From NCBI GenBank assembly GCA_023480925.1, contig JAMCWY010000018.1, forward strand, positions 1 to 32,000: a DNA stretch of 32,000 nt, written 5' to 3'. The notes beneath the pieces were generated by a model. It was not told where the DNA came from. It saw only the letters and a program-made list of their open reading frames with translations, and did not search any database. The position numbers were made by a program, and so were the translations under genes. Below are positions 15,717 to 26,700 of this stretch, in pieces; the stretch's first letter is position 1; every line of letters starts with the position of its first letter. Origin of the DNA: Patescibacteria group bacterium. Lineage in GTDB: Bacteria; Patescibacteriota; Minisyncoccia; UBA6257; HR35.

Positions 15717-15945
15717 TTTTAGCAAAAATTGATTTTTTGTAATAAAGTTAGTGTTGTTGGTAAGGTGTCTTTGGGAAAAAAATTTCGCCGCGATTGGCCA
15801 ATAATTTTAAATAATTTCAGTCGGTTTGGTCAAATTCAAATTTAATCGGCGGTGGTTAAAAAAAACAATAATCCAATTTAAATTTTTGGTTTGAGAACAA
15901 AATCGGTTAAAATATAAGTTGATTAAAAAATAGAAAAATAAAAAA

Positions 15946-16305
15946 ATGAATAAAGTTGATTTGGTTGGTAAAAAATATTTGCGGACGGATCTGCCAGAAA
16001 TTCGCGTGGGCGAGGTAATTAAAATTTGGCAGGCGTTTTACGAGAAAGAAAAAAAAGTCGTTCAGGCTTTTGAAGGAATTGTGATCGCGGTCAAAAATAA
16101 AAACAGCATTCAGAAAAGTTTTGTCGTTCGCGGCGGCGCCGGCGGTCAGATGATTGAAAAAACTTATTCTTATCATTCGCCTACAATCGAAAAAATTCAA
16201 ATTTTAGAGAAAGGCAAGGCGCGGCGAGCGAAACTTTACTTTATTCGCGATTTGTCGCCGATTAAGTTAAAGCGAAAGTTAAAGATTCATTACGCCAAAA
16301 AATAA
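15946..16305 (+). CDS. rplS: 50S ribosomal protein L19
   Basis: ..IRVGEVIKIW....EKEKKVVQAFEGIVIAVKNK...SFVVRGGAGGQMIEKTYSYHSPTIEKIQIL.KGKARRAKLYFIRDL matches the L19 pattern. Confidence 0.9.
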   Translation: MNKVDLVGKKYLRTDLPEIRVGEVIKIWQAFYEKEKKVVQAFEGIVIAVKNKNSIQKSFVVRGGAGGQMIEKTYSYHSPTIEKIQILEKGKARRAKLYFIRDLSPIKLKRKLKIHYAKK

Positions 16306-16404
16306 GAGTGATGTTTTTTATTGGTTCAATTAGTTAATTGGCGTGGTCATTTGATCGTATTGGTCGGGTTTAATTTAAACTTGAATTTAAAAAATTAATT
16401 TAGG

Positions 16405-18297
16405 ATGAGTCAAACATACAAAGCCGAAGATATCCAGGTTTTGGAAGGAATCGAAGCGGTTCGGAAGAGGCCGGGAATGTATATCGGTACGACCGGTCCG
16501 GATGGCGTTTTACATTTACTTTATGAAATCGTCGGCAACGCCATTGACGAGGCGATCGCCGGTCAGGCGAAAAATATCGAAGTCCGGATTAAAAAAAATC
16601 AGGTCTTGGTTAAAGATGATGGTCGCGGTATTCCGGTTGAAATTCATCCCAAAACGAACAAGTCCGCTCTTGAAACAGTTTTAACTTATCTTCACGCCGG
16701 CGGCAAGTTTGATCATAAGGTTTACAAAGTTTCCGGCGGTTTGCACGGCGTTGGTTTGTCTGTCGTTAACGCTTTGTCGAAAAATTTAAAGGCGATTTCC
16801 AGCCGCGACGGTTGCGAATGGTCGCAAGAATATAAGCGGGGCGTGGCCGTGACCGAGTTAAAACGGGGTCAAAATATTTCTCGGACGGGCACAACGATTA
16901 TTTTTGAACCGGATCCGGAAATTTTCCCGGAAATCAGTTTTGAACGCAGAAAAGTTTTGGATTATTTAAGACATCAGGCGTTTTTGACGCCCGGCGTTCG
17001 TTTTAATTTTTATGATGACGATGACGATTTTGGCTACGGTTTTTATTTCGAAGACGGTTTGAAAAGTTTTGTCAATCATTTAAGCCAGGGCAAAAAATTA
17101 GTTCAATCCCAAACGATTATTTTCGCGGCCGAGCGTCAAGATTATCAATTTCGTTTCGCTTTGGCTTGGACCGAGTCGCAGGATAGCCAGGAACTCGCTT
17201 TTACCAATAACATTTTTAACCCTGATGGCGGCACGCATCTGATCGGGTTCAAATCCGGTTTAGTTAAAGTTTTTAACGAAGTTGGCCGAGAGTTGAATCT
17301 TTTAAAAGACAAAAATTTAATCGCCGAAGATTTGCGTTCCGGTTTAATCGCGATTATTTCTTTAAATATTCAAGAACCTCAATTTGAAGGTCAGACTAAA
17401 GCGCGTTTGGGCAATCCCGAGGCAAAGACGATTGTTGAAAATGAAACAAGCGAGTTTTTAAAAGAGTACTTTGGCAAGAAGCCGGCCGAAGCAAAATCAA
17501 TCCTTCAGCGTTTGCTTGTCAATTTCGAGGCGAGGCGGGCGGCCAAGATGGCTAAGCAGGCGATTTTTAAAAAACGAATCACTCCGACCTTAGCCTTGTC
17601 GGGCAAGTTGGCCGACTGTTCCAGCCACGATATTTCGAAGCGGGAAATTTTTATCGTTGAGGGCGACAGCGCCGGCGGTAGCTGCAAACAAGCGCGCGAT
17701 CGAATTTCCCAAGCGGTCTTGCCCTTGCGCGGAAAAATTTTAAACGTCGAAAAAGCCGGTTTTTCAAAGTTGATTTCGTCAGTTGAGATTAAAAATTTGA
17801 TTGTCGCTCTGGGTGCCGGCGTTGGCCAGGAATTTAAAATTGACGACCTTCGCTATGGCAAAATTATCATCGCTTCGGACGCCGATGTCGATGGCAATCA
17901 TATTAGAACCTTACTTTTGACCTTGTTTTACCGCTATTTTCGCGGCTTGATCGAGAACGGCTTTCTTTATATCGCTCAGCCGCCGCTTTATAAAATTCAA
18001 GCGGGCAAGGAAATTAATTACGCTTACTCGGATGAAGAGCGCAATCGAGTGATCAAAAATTTTCAAACAAAGAAGAAGACGATTGAAGTCCAACGTTATA
18101 AAGGTTTGGGCGAGATGAATGTAAGTGAACTTTGGCAGACCACGCTTAATCCGGAAGAACGAGTTTTAAAACAAATCGATCTTAAAGACGCCGAGGCGGC
18201 TAATACTTTGTTTAGTCTTTTAATGGGGGAAGAAGTTGAACCCCGAAAAAAATTTATTGAAACATATGCTCGAGAAGTTCAAAACCTGGATATTTAG
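16405..18297 (+). CDS. gyrB: DNA gyrase subunit B
   Basis: LEGIEAVRKRPGMYIG, GGLHGVG, QTKARLGN, EGDSAGGS, PLRGKILNVEKA and DADVDGNHIRTLLLTLF motifs. Confidence 0.93.
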   Translation: MSQTYKAEDIQVLEGIEAVRKRPGMYIGTTGPDGVLHLLYEIVGNAIDEAIAGQAKNIEVRIKKNQVLVKDDGRGIPVEIHPKTNKSALETVLTYLHAGGKFDHKVYKVSGGLHGVGLSVVNALSKNLKAISSRDGCEWSQEYKRGVAVTELKRGQNISRTGTTIIFEPDPEIFPEISFERRKVLDYLRHQAFLTPGVRFNFYDDDDDFGYGFYFEDGLKSFVNHLSQGKKLVQSQTIIFAAERQDYQFRFALAWTESQDSQELAFTNNIFNPDGGTHLIGFKSGLVKVFNEVGRELNLLKDKNLIAEDLRSGLIAIISLNIQEPQFEGQTKARLGNPEAKTIVENETSEFLKEYFGKKPAEAKSILQRLLVNFEARRAAKMAKQAIFKKRITPTLALSGKLADCSSHDISKREIFIVEGDSAGGSCKQARDRISQAVLPLRGKILNVEKAGFSKLISSVEIKNLIVALGAGVGQEFKIDDLRYGKIIIASDADVDGNHIRTLLLTLFYRYFRGLIENGFLYIAQPPLYKIQAGKEINYAYSDEERNRVIKNFQTKKKTIEVQRYKGLGEMNVSELWQTTLNPEERVLKQIDLKDAEAANTLFSLLMGEEVEPRKKFIETYAREVQNLDI

Positions 18298-18829
18298 CCG
18301 TTGGCATTTTCTGTTCGCTTTGATTTTTGTTTCCGCGATTTTTTATCTGGCTTTGGTTAATTTTTATTTTTTACCGCTTTTTTTTCTTGTTTTCTTAATT
18401 TCGAATTTTTATTTTTTCCGCGGTTCTGAAATTTTGCTTGGAACAATTTTAATTCCGCTGCCATTTTTCTTCCTCGGTTTGATTTTCCAACTGAACCAAA
18501 TTGCTCTGATTTGGCTTTGGTTTGTTTATCTTGGCGTTTTTTGGCTTTGGCCTCAGATTAGTTGGTTGATTTTTGTCTTTTTCTTGAATCTAATTTTGAA
18601 TTACTTCGGCAATTATTTTAATCTTTTTCTGCCTTTAATTTTTTTCGGCGCGATTTTGTTTTTCGTCGTTAAAATTGTTTTTCAAAATAACGATTTTAAC
18701 GCCGCTCTGAAAAGTTTTATTCTGACCGAGTTGTTTTGGTTAATATTTTTAACGCCTTTTGGTTTTATTTGGCGAAGCTTGGCCGATTGGTTTGCTTTCG
18801 TTTATATTCGCCAAAAAAGTTTGGTATAA
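18236..18829 (+). CDS. Polytopic membrane protein, Phe/Leu-rich, unknown function
   Basis: 197-aa ORF with at least 5 hydrophobic segments. The upstream-most ATG overlaps gyrB by 62 nt, so the ATG at 18266 is an alternative start. No family recognised. Confidence 0.5.
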   Translation: MNPEKNLLKHMLEKFKTWIFSRWHFLFALIFVSAIFYLALVNFYFLPLFFLVFLISNFYFFRGSEILLGTILIPLPFFFLGLIFQLNQIALIWLWFVYLGVFWLWPQISWLIFVFFLNLILNYFGNYFNLFLPLIFFGAILFFVVKIVFQNNDFNAALKSFILTELFWLIFLTPFGFIWRSLADWFAFVYIRQKSLV

Positions 18830-18830
18830 T
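18822..18830 (+). promoter_or_regulatory. Extended -10 element (TGGTATAAT) 9 nt upstream of the clpP ATG
   Basis: Read directly. It overlaps the stop codon of the preceding membrane-protein ORF. Confidence 0.35.
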
Positions 18831-18839
18831 AACAAAGAA

Positions 18840-19463
18840 ATGAAAGAAATGGAACTTGTGCCATACGTGATCGAAAAAACCCAAGCGGGAGAAAGGTCTT
18901 ATGATATCTATTCCCGTCTGCTTAAGGATCGGATTATATTTTTAGGCAGTCCGATCTACGACACGGTCGCCAATACGATTATTGCTCAGTTGTTGTTTCT
19001 TGAACATGATGATCCGGAAAAAGACATTTATCTTTACATTAATTCGCCCGGTGGCAGCGTTATGGCCGCTTTGGCGATTTATGACACGATTCAATTTATC
19101 AAAGCCGATGTCGCCACTATTGGCATTGGTATGACCGCTTCGGCCGCGGCCTTGTTGCTTGGTGCCGGCGCCAAAGGTAAACGGAGCGCTTTGCCCAACA
19201 CCGAAATTTTACTTCATCAGGTTATGGGCGAGGCGTCTGGCCAAGCGGTTGAAATTGAAATTACGGCTAAACAAATTTTAAAAATTAAAGAACGGATCAA
19301 TAAAATTTTAGCCAAACAAACTGGCCAACCCCTGGAAAAAGTCGAGCGGGATACTGATCGCGATTTTTACTTGACCGCGGATGAAGCGAAAGATTATGGT
19401 TTAATCGATAGTGTTGTCGGCGCCATCGGTCAGGTTAAAGCGAATAACCGAACAAAAAAATAA
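18840..19463 (+). CDS. clpP: ATP-dependent Clp protease proteolytic subunit
   Basis: [30 protein letters not shown], with the catalytic Ser in [11 protein letters not shown], His in LLHQVMG and Asp in [12 protein letters not shown]. The start is moved to ATG 18840 because the longer ORF adds a non-homologous overlap. Confidence 0.9.
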   Translation: MKEMELVPYVIEKTQAGERSYDIYSRLLKDRIIFLGSPIYDTVANTIIAQLLFLEHDDPEKDIYLYINSPGGSVMAALAIYDTIQFIKADVATIGIGMTASAAALLLGAGAKGKRSALPNTEILLHQVMGEASGQAVEIEITAKQILKIKERINKILAKQTGQPLEKVERDTDRDFYLTADEAKDYGLIDSVVGAIGQVKANNRTKK

Positions 19464-19476
19464 CTTAACCGTCAAG

Positions 19477-20181
19477 ATGAAAAAGGACCAAAGCCGGGAG
19501 CAATTTAGTTTTATTCCAATTTTGGTTGTTATTATTGTCGTTTTAGTTTCGGCTATCTGGTATTACGGTCAAACCGGTTCAAACCAACCGCCTCAAGCCA
19601 AAGCGACCAACGTTAACGTTAATTTAGACAATGATCCTTATGTTGGCAATGTTCAGGCGCCGATCAAGTTAGTTTATTTTTTCGATTATCAATGTCCGTT
19701 TTGCCGAAGGTTTGAAGAAGAAGTTTTGCCATTGATTGAAAAAAATTATGTCGCGACCGGTAAGATGGTGATTTATTTTCGCGGCAATCAATTTCTTGGT
19801 CCTGATTCAATCACCGCCGGCGTCGCCGGTCAATGTTTGGCTAAACAGATTCAAAATAAAAAATTGAGTTATGATATTTTTGCTCAATGGCAGGCGGCAA
19901 TGATGAAAGCTCAGGGCGTTGAAAATAGCGGTTGGGCGAGCGCGGCTAATATTGAAAAGTTGACCACGAGTTTAAATCTAAACGGTATTGATTCAAATCA
20001 ATTTAATCAGTGTTTGGATCAACGTTCAACCGTTAATATTGTTAATGAAGAAGCGAAAGCGAACCAAGCGATTGGCGTTGACGGCACGCCCAGTTTTCTA
20101 ATTAATGGCAATCTTTACGTTGGCGCGTTGCCTTATGGCCAATTTGTTCAAATTTTTGACCAAATTCTTGGCCAAAAATAA
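19477..20181 (+). CDS. DsbA-family thiol:disulfide oxidoreductase, membrane-anchored
   Basis: N-terminal TM segment FIPILVVIIVVLVSAIWYY and the thioredoxin-fold CPFC motif in FFDYQCPFCRRFEEE. The C-terminal ..GVDGTPSFLINGN.. carries the cis-Pro loop. Start taken at ATG 19477. Confidence 0.85.
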   Translation: MKKDQSREQFSFIPILVVIIVVLVSAIWYYGQTGSNQPPQAKATNVNVNLDNDPYVGNVQAPIKLVYFFDYQCPFCRRFEEEVLPLIEKNYVATGKMVIYFRGNQFLGPDSITAGVAGQCLAKQIQNKKLSYDIFAQWQAAMMKAQGVENSGWASAANIEKLTTSLNLNGIDSNQFNQCLDQRSTVNIVNEEAKANQAIGVDGTPSFLINGNLYVGALPYGQFVQIFDQILGQK

Positions 20182-20303
20182 TTTAAGCAATAAACGGCTT
20201 TTATTAATAGTTTTCAGTGATTTTTCATCATTTTAGTCTAAGGTCATTTATTCTAAATAAATAATAATTAGCGGTTGGAGTAGGCGATGCTTCTTCAACA
20301 CTA

Positions 20304-20332
20304 TTGACTTAAATCGTTAAATAGTTTATAAT
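20304..20332 (+). promoter_or_regulatory. Near-consensus sigma-70 promoter upstream of rpoB
   Basis: TTGACT (20304-20309), a 17-nt spacer, then TATAAT (20327-20332). This implies a leader of roughly 160 nt. Confidence 0.6.
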
Positions 20333-20497
20333 CTGAATGTTAATATCGCTTAAAGATATATGTTTTTAAATTTTTAATTTTCCCGGCTGAGGCTAGCCGA
20401 AAAAGACGTCGGCGACTTTTTTAGTGTCTTAAAAATAAGGACATTTACGAAAAAGTATTTTAGTTAATTTGTTAAAGGTCCTTAGCAAAGATCGACC

Positions 20498-23400
20498 ATG
20501 TTTTCTTTAACAAAAAAATTCGGGTATTTTTTAAATTTGGATAAAAAATATCTAACTGGGTCGAAGGAAGAAAGTTTTAAAAAATTTTTGGATCAGGGTT
20601 TGAAGAAAGTTTTCACTGAGTTTTGCCCGATTTACGATTATTCGGGCAAAGAACTCAAACTCGAATTCGTTGGCTATCGTTTTGAAAATCCGAAGTTTAG
20701 CGAGGACGAAGCGAGGTATCGTGGCATCACTTACGAAGCGTCCTTGCGCGTAACTTTTCGATTGACTAATTTATTGACTAAGGCGGTTGACGAACAAGAA
20801 ATTTATTTTGGCAACATCCCTTATATTACTGATCGGGAAACTTTTATTATTAATGGTAATGAAAGAATTGTGATTAGTCAGTTGCTTCGTTCGCCTGGTC
20901 TTTATTTTAATTTCATTCCGTTTGGCGATCGAAAATTATTCGGCGCCAAAATTATTCCTAGTCTCGGCGCTTGGTTGGAATTTCAGGTTGAGCCAACTAA
21001 TATTCTCCAAGCTCGAGTTAACCGAAAGAAGAAAGTCGCCGCGACGACCTTGCTTAAAGCCTTTCAAGTTAACAATGAGGAAATCAATAATCTTTTTAAA
21101 GATCTCAAAGATCAATACAATATTATCGCCAATACTTTAAAAAAGGATAATACCGAAGATTATGAAGAAGCAGTCTTACTAATCCACTCGAAACTTAAGC
21201 CTTTTGAGCCAAATATATTCGATAACGCTCTTTCTTTTTTCCAAGATTTGTTTTTAGACAGCAAGCATTATTCGCTTGGCCAGATCGGTCGATTTCATTT
21301 TGACCGACGACTGGGTCAGACAAACAAAAATTTAGTCTTGACCAAAGAAGATTTGGTCAAAATTATTTCGGAAACGATTAAATTGACTAACGACGCTCAA
21401 GCTCAAGCTGATGATATTGACGCGCTTTATAATCGTCGCGTTAGAAGTGTCCAGGAACTTTTGGAAAATCAAGCCCGTTTGGGTTTGGCTCGGATGGTTA
21501 AAAATATCAAAGATCGAATGAGCGTGGTTGATAAGACCGCCGCGATCGTGCCGTCCCAATTAGTTTATCCGAAAATTTTTGTCAATACGGTTAAAGAATT
21601 TTTTAATCTTTCGCCTTTGTCACAACTTTTAGATCAGAATAATCCACTTTCAGAGCTTGAACATAAACGTCGGATCACTGCCAGCGGCCCCGGCGGTTTG
21701 ACCAAGGAACGGGCTGGTTTTGATGTTCGTGATGTTCATCCAACTTCTTACGGCCGAATTTGTCCGGTTCAAACGCCCGAGGGCGCCAATATTGGTTTGA
21801 CTTCATATTTGGCTCTTTACGCCAAGTCGGATCAGAATGGTTTTTTGCAAGCGCCTTATCATAAAGTTAGCGATGGAAAAATCAAAAAAAATAACATCAC
21901 TTACTTATCCGCCGACGCCGAATATGATTTTAATATCGCTTCAATCCCTAATGAGATGAATAACAAAGAGGGTCAAGAACTACCCAAGATGGTTGAGGGC
22001 CGAGTCAAGGGCGAGTCGGGTTTGCTCGATCGGAAAGAAATCGAGTTAATCGATCTTTCGTCTCAGCAGCCATTTTCGGTAAGTGTTAACCTGATTCCTT
22101 TTTTGGAAAATACCGACGCGAACCGAGCCCAGATGGGCGCGAATATGCAAAAACAGGCAGTTGTTTTAGTTAAGCCCGACATCCCAACCGTTTCAACTGG
22201 TCTGGAAGATCAGGTTGGCCGCGAAAGCGGTTATGTTATTTTAGCCGAAGCCGATGGCGAAGTCGTTGAAGTTGATGGCCAACATTTGACTGTCGCTTAT
22301 CAGACTTCAAAAAATAAACAAAAGAAAACTTATCTTTTTAAAAAATATCAAAAGACAAATAGTTTTACTTCAACTAATCAGCGGCCGCTGGTTCAGCCAG
22401 GTCAAAAGTTTAGAAAGGACGATGTTTTGGTTGATGGACCGGCGACCAACCGAGGTGTTTTGGCTTTGGGTCGAAACACCCTGGTTGGTTTTTTGAGTTG
22501 GCAGGGTTATAACTTTGAAGACGCGATTATTATTTCCGAAAAAGTTTGCCGGGAAGATTATTTCACTTCAATTTATGTTGAAGAATTCACGACTGACGTT
22601 CGTTATACTAAACTCGGTCCCGAAGAAATTACTTCTGACATCCCCAATGTGCCGGAAGCGAAACTAAGGAACTTGGACGTTGACGGTATTATTCGATTAG
22701 GTGCTCAAGTTAAGGCCGGCGATATTTTGGTCGGTAAGATTACACCGAAAAAAGAAGTTGAGGTCACACCCGAAGAAAAATTGCTTCGATCCATCTTTGG
22801 CGAAAAAATTGAGGACATTAAAGATTCGTCTCTGTACCTTGAACCAGGCAAATCCGGCAAGGTCGTCCGCGTTAAATCGCTTAGTCGAGAGAAGGGGGAG
22901 TTGTCCGAGCCCGGCGTTTTAAATAGAATCAGCGTTGAAATAGCGAAATTGAGAAAAATTTCCGTAGGCGATAAACTGGCTAATCGTTACGGCAACAAGG
23001 GTATTATTTCGATTATCGTGCCGGAAGAGGATATGCCGTTTTTGCCCGACGGCCGGCCGCTTGAAGTTATCTTAAATCCTCTTGGTGTTATTTCAAGAAT
23101 GAACCTGGGCCAAATTTTCGAAACTCATCTTGGTTTGGCTGCCCATAAGCTTGGCTATCGATCCTTAGTGCCGGCGATGTCTGGCGTAACGGAAGAACAG
23201 CTTCAGGCGGAATTAAAAAAAGCGGGTTTGGCTCAAGACGGCAAGACAATTTTATACGATGGTCGCACCGGTCAAGCTTTTAAACAAAAAGTCACTGTTG
23301 GTTATATGTATCTTTTGAAATTAATTCATATGGTTGAGGATAAAATTCACGCCCGCTCGGTTGGGCCTTACTCGCTCATTACCCAACAGCCGCTTGGCGG

Positions 23401-23749
23401 CAAAGCTCAATTCGGCGGTCAACGCTTGGGCGAGATGGAAGTTTGGGCTTTAGAGGCTTATGGCGCGGTTAATATTCTTGATGAGATGTTGACGGTTAAG
23501 TCCGATGATATCAAGGGCCGGTCGGTTACATATACCAATATTATTCGAGGCGAGAACGCGCAAAAGCCATCGGTGCCCTCGGCTTTTAATCTTTTACAAA
23601 AAGAACTCCAAGGTTTATGTCTGGGCGTTGACATTAAAAGAGAAGAGAAAGTTTTAGCCGAAGAAGATCAGGTCAAAGACGAAGTTGAAAAAGAAGGTTC
23701 GACGGATTTGGACCAGAAACAACAATTAAGCCAGATAAAAAAAGAATAA
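20498..23749 (+). CDS. rpoB: DNA-directed RNA polymerase subunit beta
   Basis: 1083 aa. Conserved blocks include GNERIVISQL, RRITASGPGGL, RICPVQTPEGANIG, NRAQMGANMQKQAV, GYNFEDAI, NRYGNKGI and GGQRLGEMEVWALEAYGA. Confidence 0.97.
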   Translation: MFSLTKKFGYFLNLDKKYLTGSKEESFKKFLDQGLKKVFTEFCPIYDYSGKELKLEFVGYRFENPKFSEDEARYRGITYEASLRVTFRLTNLLTKAVDEQEIYFGNIPYITDRETFIINGNERIVISQLLRSPGLYFNFIPFGDRKLFGAKIIPSLGAWLEFQVEPTNILQARVNRKKKVAATTLLKAFQVNNEEINNLFKDLKDQYNIIANTLKKDNTEDYEEAVLLIHSKLKPFEPNIFDNALSFFQDLFLDSKHYSLGQIGRFHFDRRLGQTNKNLVLTKEDLVKIISETIKLTNDAQAQADDIDALYNRRVRSVQELLENQARLGLARMVKNIKDRMSVVDKTAAIVPSQLVYPKIFVNTVKEFFNLSPLSQLLDQNNPLSELEHKRRITASGPGGLTKERAGFDVRDVHPTSYGRICPVQTPEGANIGLTSYLALYAKSDQNGFLQAPYHKVSDGKIKKNNITYLSADAEYDFNIASIPNEMNNKEGQELPKMVEGRVKGESGLLDRKEIELIDLSSQQPFSVSVNLIPFLENTDANRAQMGANMQKQAVVLVKPDIPTVSTGLEDQVGRESGYVILAEADGEVVEVDGQHLTVAYQTSKNKQKKTYLFKKYQKTNSFTSTNQRPLVQPGQKFRKDDVLVDGPATNRGVLALGRNTLVGFLSWQGYNFEDAIIISEKVCREDYFTSIYVEEFTTDVRYTKLGPEEITSDIPNVPEAKLRNLDVDGIIRLGAQVKAGDILVGKITPKKEVEVTPEEKLLRSIFGEKIEDIKDSSLYLEPGKSGKVVRVKSLSREKGELSEPGVLNRISVEIAKLRKISVGDKLANRYGNKGIISIIVPEEDMPFLPDGRPLEVILNPLGVISRMNLGQIFETHLGLAAHKLGYRSLVPAMSGVTEEQLQAELKKAGLAQDGKTILYDGRTGQAFKQKVTVGYMYLLKLIHMVEDKIHARSVGPYSLITQQPLGGKAQFGGQRLGEMEVWALEAYGAVNILDEMLTVKSDDIKGRSVTYTNIIRGENAQKPSVPSAFNLLQKELQGLCLGVDIKREEKVLAEEDQVKDEVEKEGSTDLDQKQQLSQIKKE

Positions 23750-26700
23750 TGAAACAGATGGAGATTAGTTCAACTGGTTTAAAATTGGCCTCACCTGAAG
23801 AAATTTTAAACTGGAGTTATGGCGAACCGACAAAACCGGAGACGGTTAATTATCGAACCGGCCGGCCTGATCGAGAGGGTCTTTTTTCCGAGGTCATTTT
23901 TGGTCCGACGAAAGATTTTGAATGCGCTTGCGGCAAGTATAAAAAAAATCAATTCGCCAAGGTTACTTGCGATCGCTGCGGCGTTGAAGTTACTCATTCA
24001 TCCGTTCGGCGAGAAAGAATGGGCCACATTACCTTAGCCACGCCAATCGCCCATATTTGGTTTTTAAAAGTTTATCCATACTCGCTCAGTCTTTTTCTTG
24101 ATATCCCGGTTCAACAGATTGAGAAGGTTGTTTATTATTCCGCTTATATTATTATGAGCGTTGACGAGGAAGCAAAGAAAAAAATTTTAACCAATCTTGA
24201 GCGGGATTACAAAGAAAAAATAAAGAAGTTTGAAAATGATGAGATGAAAAAAGAAATTGATACAACTTATCGCCGGATTAAAGAAGAGCTTAAGGCTATT
24301 GAGGTTAAGCGCGTTATTTCCGACGTTGAATTTTTTAACTGGTCAAGGAAATTCCCGAATCTGTTTGAAGTTGGCATCGGCGCTGATGCCATTCGTCGTT
24401 TTCTCGAAGAGCTTGATTTGAACAAACTTAAACGTGAAACTGAAACAAAGCTGGCTAAAGCGACAAACCTGGCCATGCGCAAGCGTTTGTCAATGAAAAT
24501 AAAGTTTATCAAAGCTTTTATTCAACATCAGCGTCGGCCGGAATGGATGATTTTGACGATTATGCCGATTATCCCGCCCGATCTTCGACCAATTGTCCAT
24601 CTTGATGGCGGCAAGATTGCCTCGTCCGATTTAAATGATCTTTATCGCAAGGTTATCAATCGTAATAATCGTTTAAAAAAACTTCACGAAATAAAAGCGC
24701 CGGAAATAATCATTAACAACGAAAAACGGATGCTTCAAGAAGCGGTTGATTCTTTGTTCGATAGCTCTTTAAAAAAGGTCAAAGGTCAGTCGAGTGATCA
24801 ACGGAAGGTTCTGAAATCTTTAAGCGACGTTCTGAAGGGCAAGCAGGGTCGTTTCCGCCAAAATCTGCTCGGTAAAAGAGTCGACTATTCCGGTCGGTCG
24901 GTTATCGCCGTCGGCCCAAATATGAAAGTGAACGAGTGCGGTTTGCCTAAAAAAATCGCTTTAGAAATTTTTAAGCCGTTTATCATCTACGAACTTTTGA
25001 AATTGGAAATTGTTCACACGGTTAAGCAAGCTAATTATTTGATTGAAATTGAAGATCCCGACGCTTTGACCGCTTTGGAAAAGGTTATTCAGAATAAATA
25101 CGTTCTTTTAAATCGCGCTCCGACCTTGCATCGTTTAGGTATTCAGGCTTTTGAAATTTCTTTGGTTGAGGGTTTGGCTATTCGAGTTCCGCCTCTGGTT
25201 TGCACCGCCTATAACGCTGACTTCGATGGAGATCAGATGGCGGTTTTTTTGCCTCTGAGCGATGAGGCTCAAAAGGAAGCGAAAGAAATTTTAAACGCGG
25301 CCAAAAATCACTTGCGTCTCGGTACCGGCGAAGCGATCACTAATCCGACCAAAGACATTGTTGTTGGTTGTTATCACTTGACTCAGATTTTGTCTGATCA
25401 AAAAAACGCGGTCAAGAAAGTTTATGATACTACCGAAGCAAAACAGCTTTACGAATTTGGTCAAATCGGTTTGGGGGAAAATATCTTGGTTAAGTCAATC
25501 AAAGGTCAATCCAATCTCGAGACGTCGGTTGGTCGGATGATATTTAACGAAGCCTTACCGAGCGACTATCAATTTTTGAACGAGAAGATGGACAAGAAAA
25601 AATTAACTTGGTTGGTTGAAGATATTTACCAAAAATATAACTACGAAGTTTTGGCTTTGGTTTTGAATAAGATTAAAAATTTAGGTTTTGCCTACGCGAC
25701 CGAATCAGGTCTTTCTTTCGCCGTTAGCGACTTGGTTGTTTCGAAAGGAAAAGAAAAAATTATCAAAGAAGCTTTTGAAAAAGAAAACGAAGTTAAAAAA
25801 TCTTATCAACAAGGTTTACTTAGTTTGGATGAGAAAAAGATGTTGGTGGTTGAGAACTGGTTGAAAGCGATTCGGGAAATTAATCAAATCCTGCCGAAGT
25901 CTTTAGCCGAAGATTCACCGCCGCGATTAATGATCGATTCGGGCGCCCGCGGGAGCATGGCTCAACTTTCTCAGATGATCGGTATTAAGGGTTTAGTTGA
26001 GAACCCGCGCGGCGATATTATCGAATTACCAGTCGCGAAAAGTTATAAAGAAGGTTTGGGCTCGCTTGAATATTTCATTACTACTCACGGCGCTCGGAAG
26101 GGCGCTTCCGATACGGCCCTGAAGACCGCTCGAGCCGGCTATCTGACTCGACGTATGGTTGATGTCACTAACGATTTGATCGTTCGAGAAATTGATTGCG
26201 GTGAAAACGAAGGTTTGGTTATAACTAAAACCGAGGCGAAAGAAACCGGTGATACTTTTAATAATAAAATTTATTCTCGAATTATTCTGGAAACAGTTAA
26301 AGATCAAAAAGGTAATATTATTATCAGCGCCGGCGAATACATCACTCGACCGATCGCAGAAAAACTCGAGCGGGCTCAGGTCGAGAAGGTTAGGATCAGG
26401 TCGCCCTTTACTTGTAAAACTTTATTTGGCGTTTGCGCTAAATGTTATGGTTTGGATTTAGGCTATGGCAAGCCGATCCAGTTAGGCGAGACCGTTGGCG
26501 TAATCGCGTCTGAATCAATTGGCGAACCGGCGACTCAGTTGACGATGAGAACGTTTCATGTTGGCGGTGTCGCCGGTACGACTGATATCACTCAGGGCGT
26601 GCCTCGAGCCGAAGAACTCTTAGAGGTTCGAACGCCAAAAAGTGAAAGTGTTCTTTCACCGCTTTCGGGCAAGATTAGAAAGATTGAGACGTTGCCAAAG

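Noticed and set aside
18759-18839. The longer clpP ORF starting at 18759
   Set aside because: The extra 27 codons overlap the 3' end of the preceding membrane-protein ORF and have no counterpart in ClpP. The ATG at 18840 gives a canonical ClpP N-terminus.
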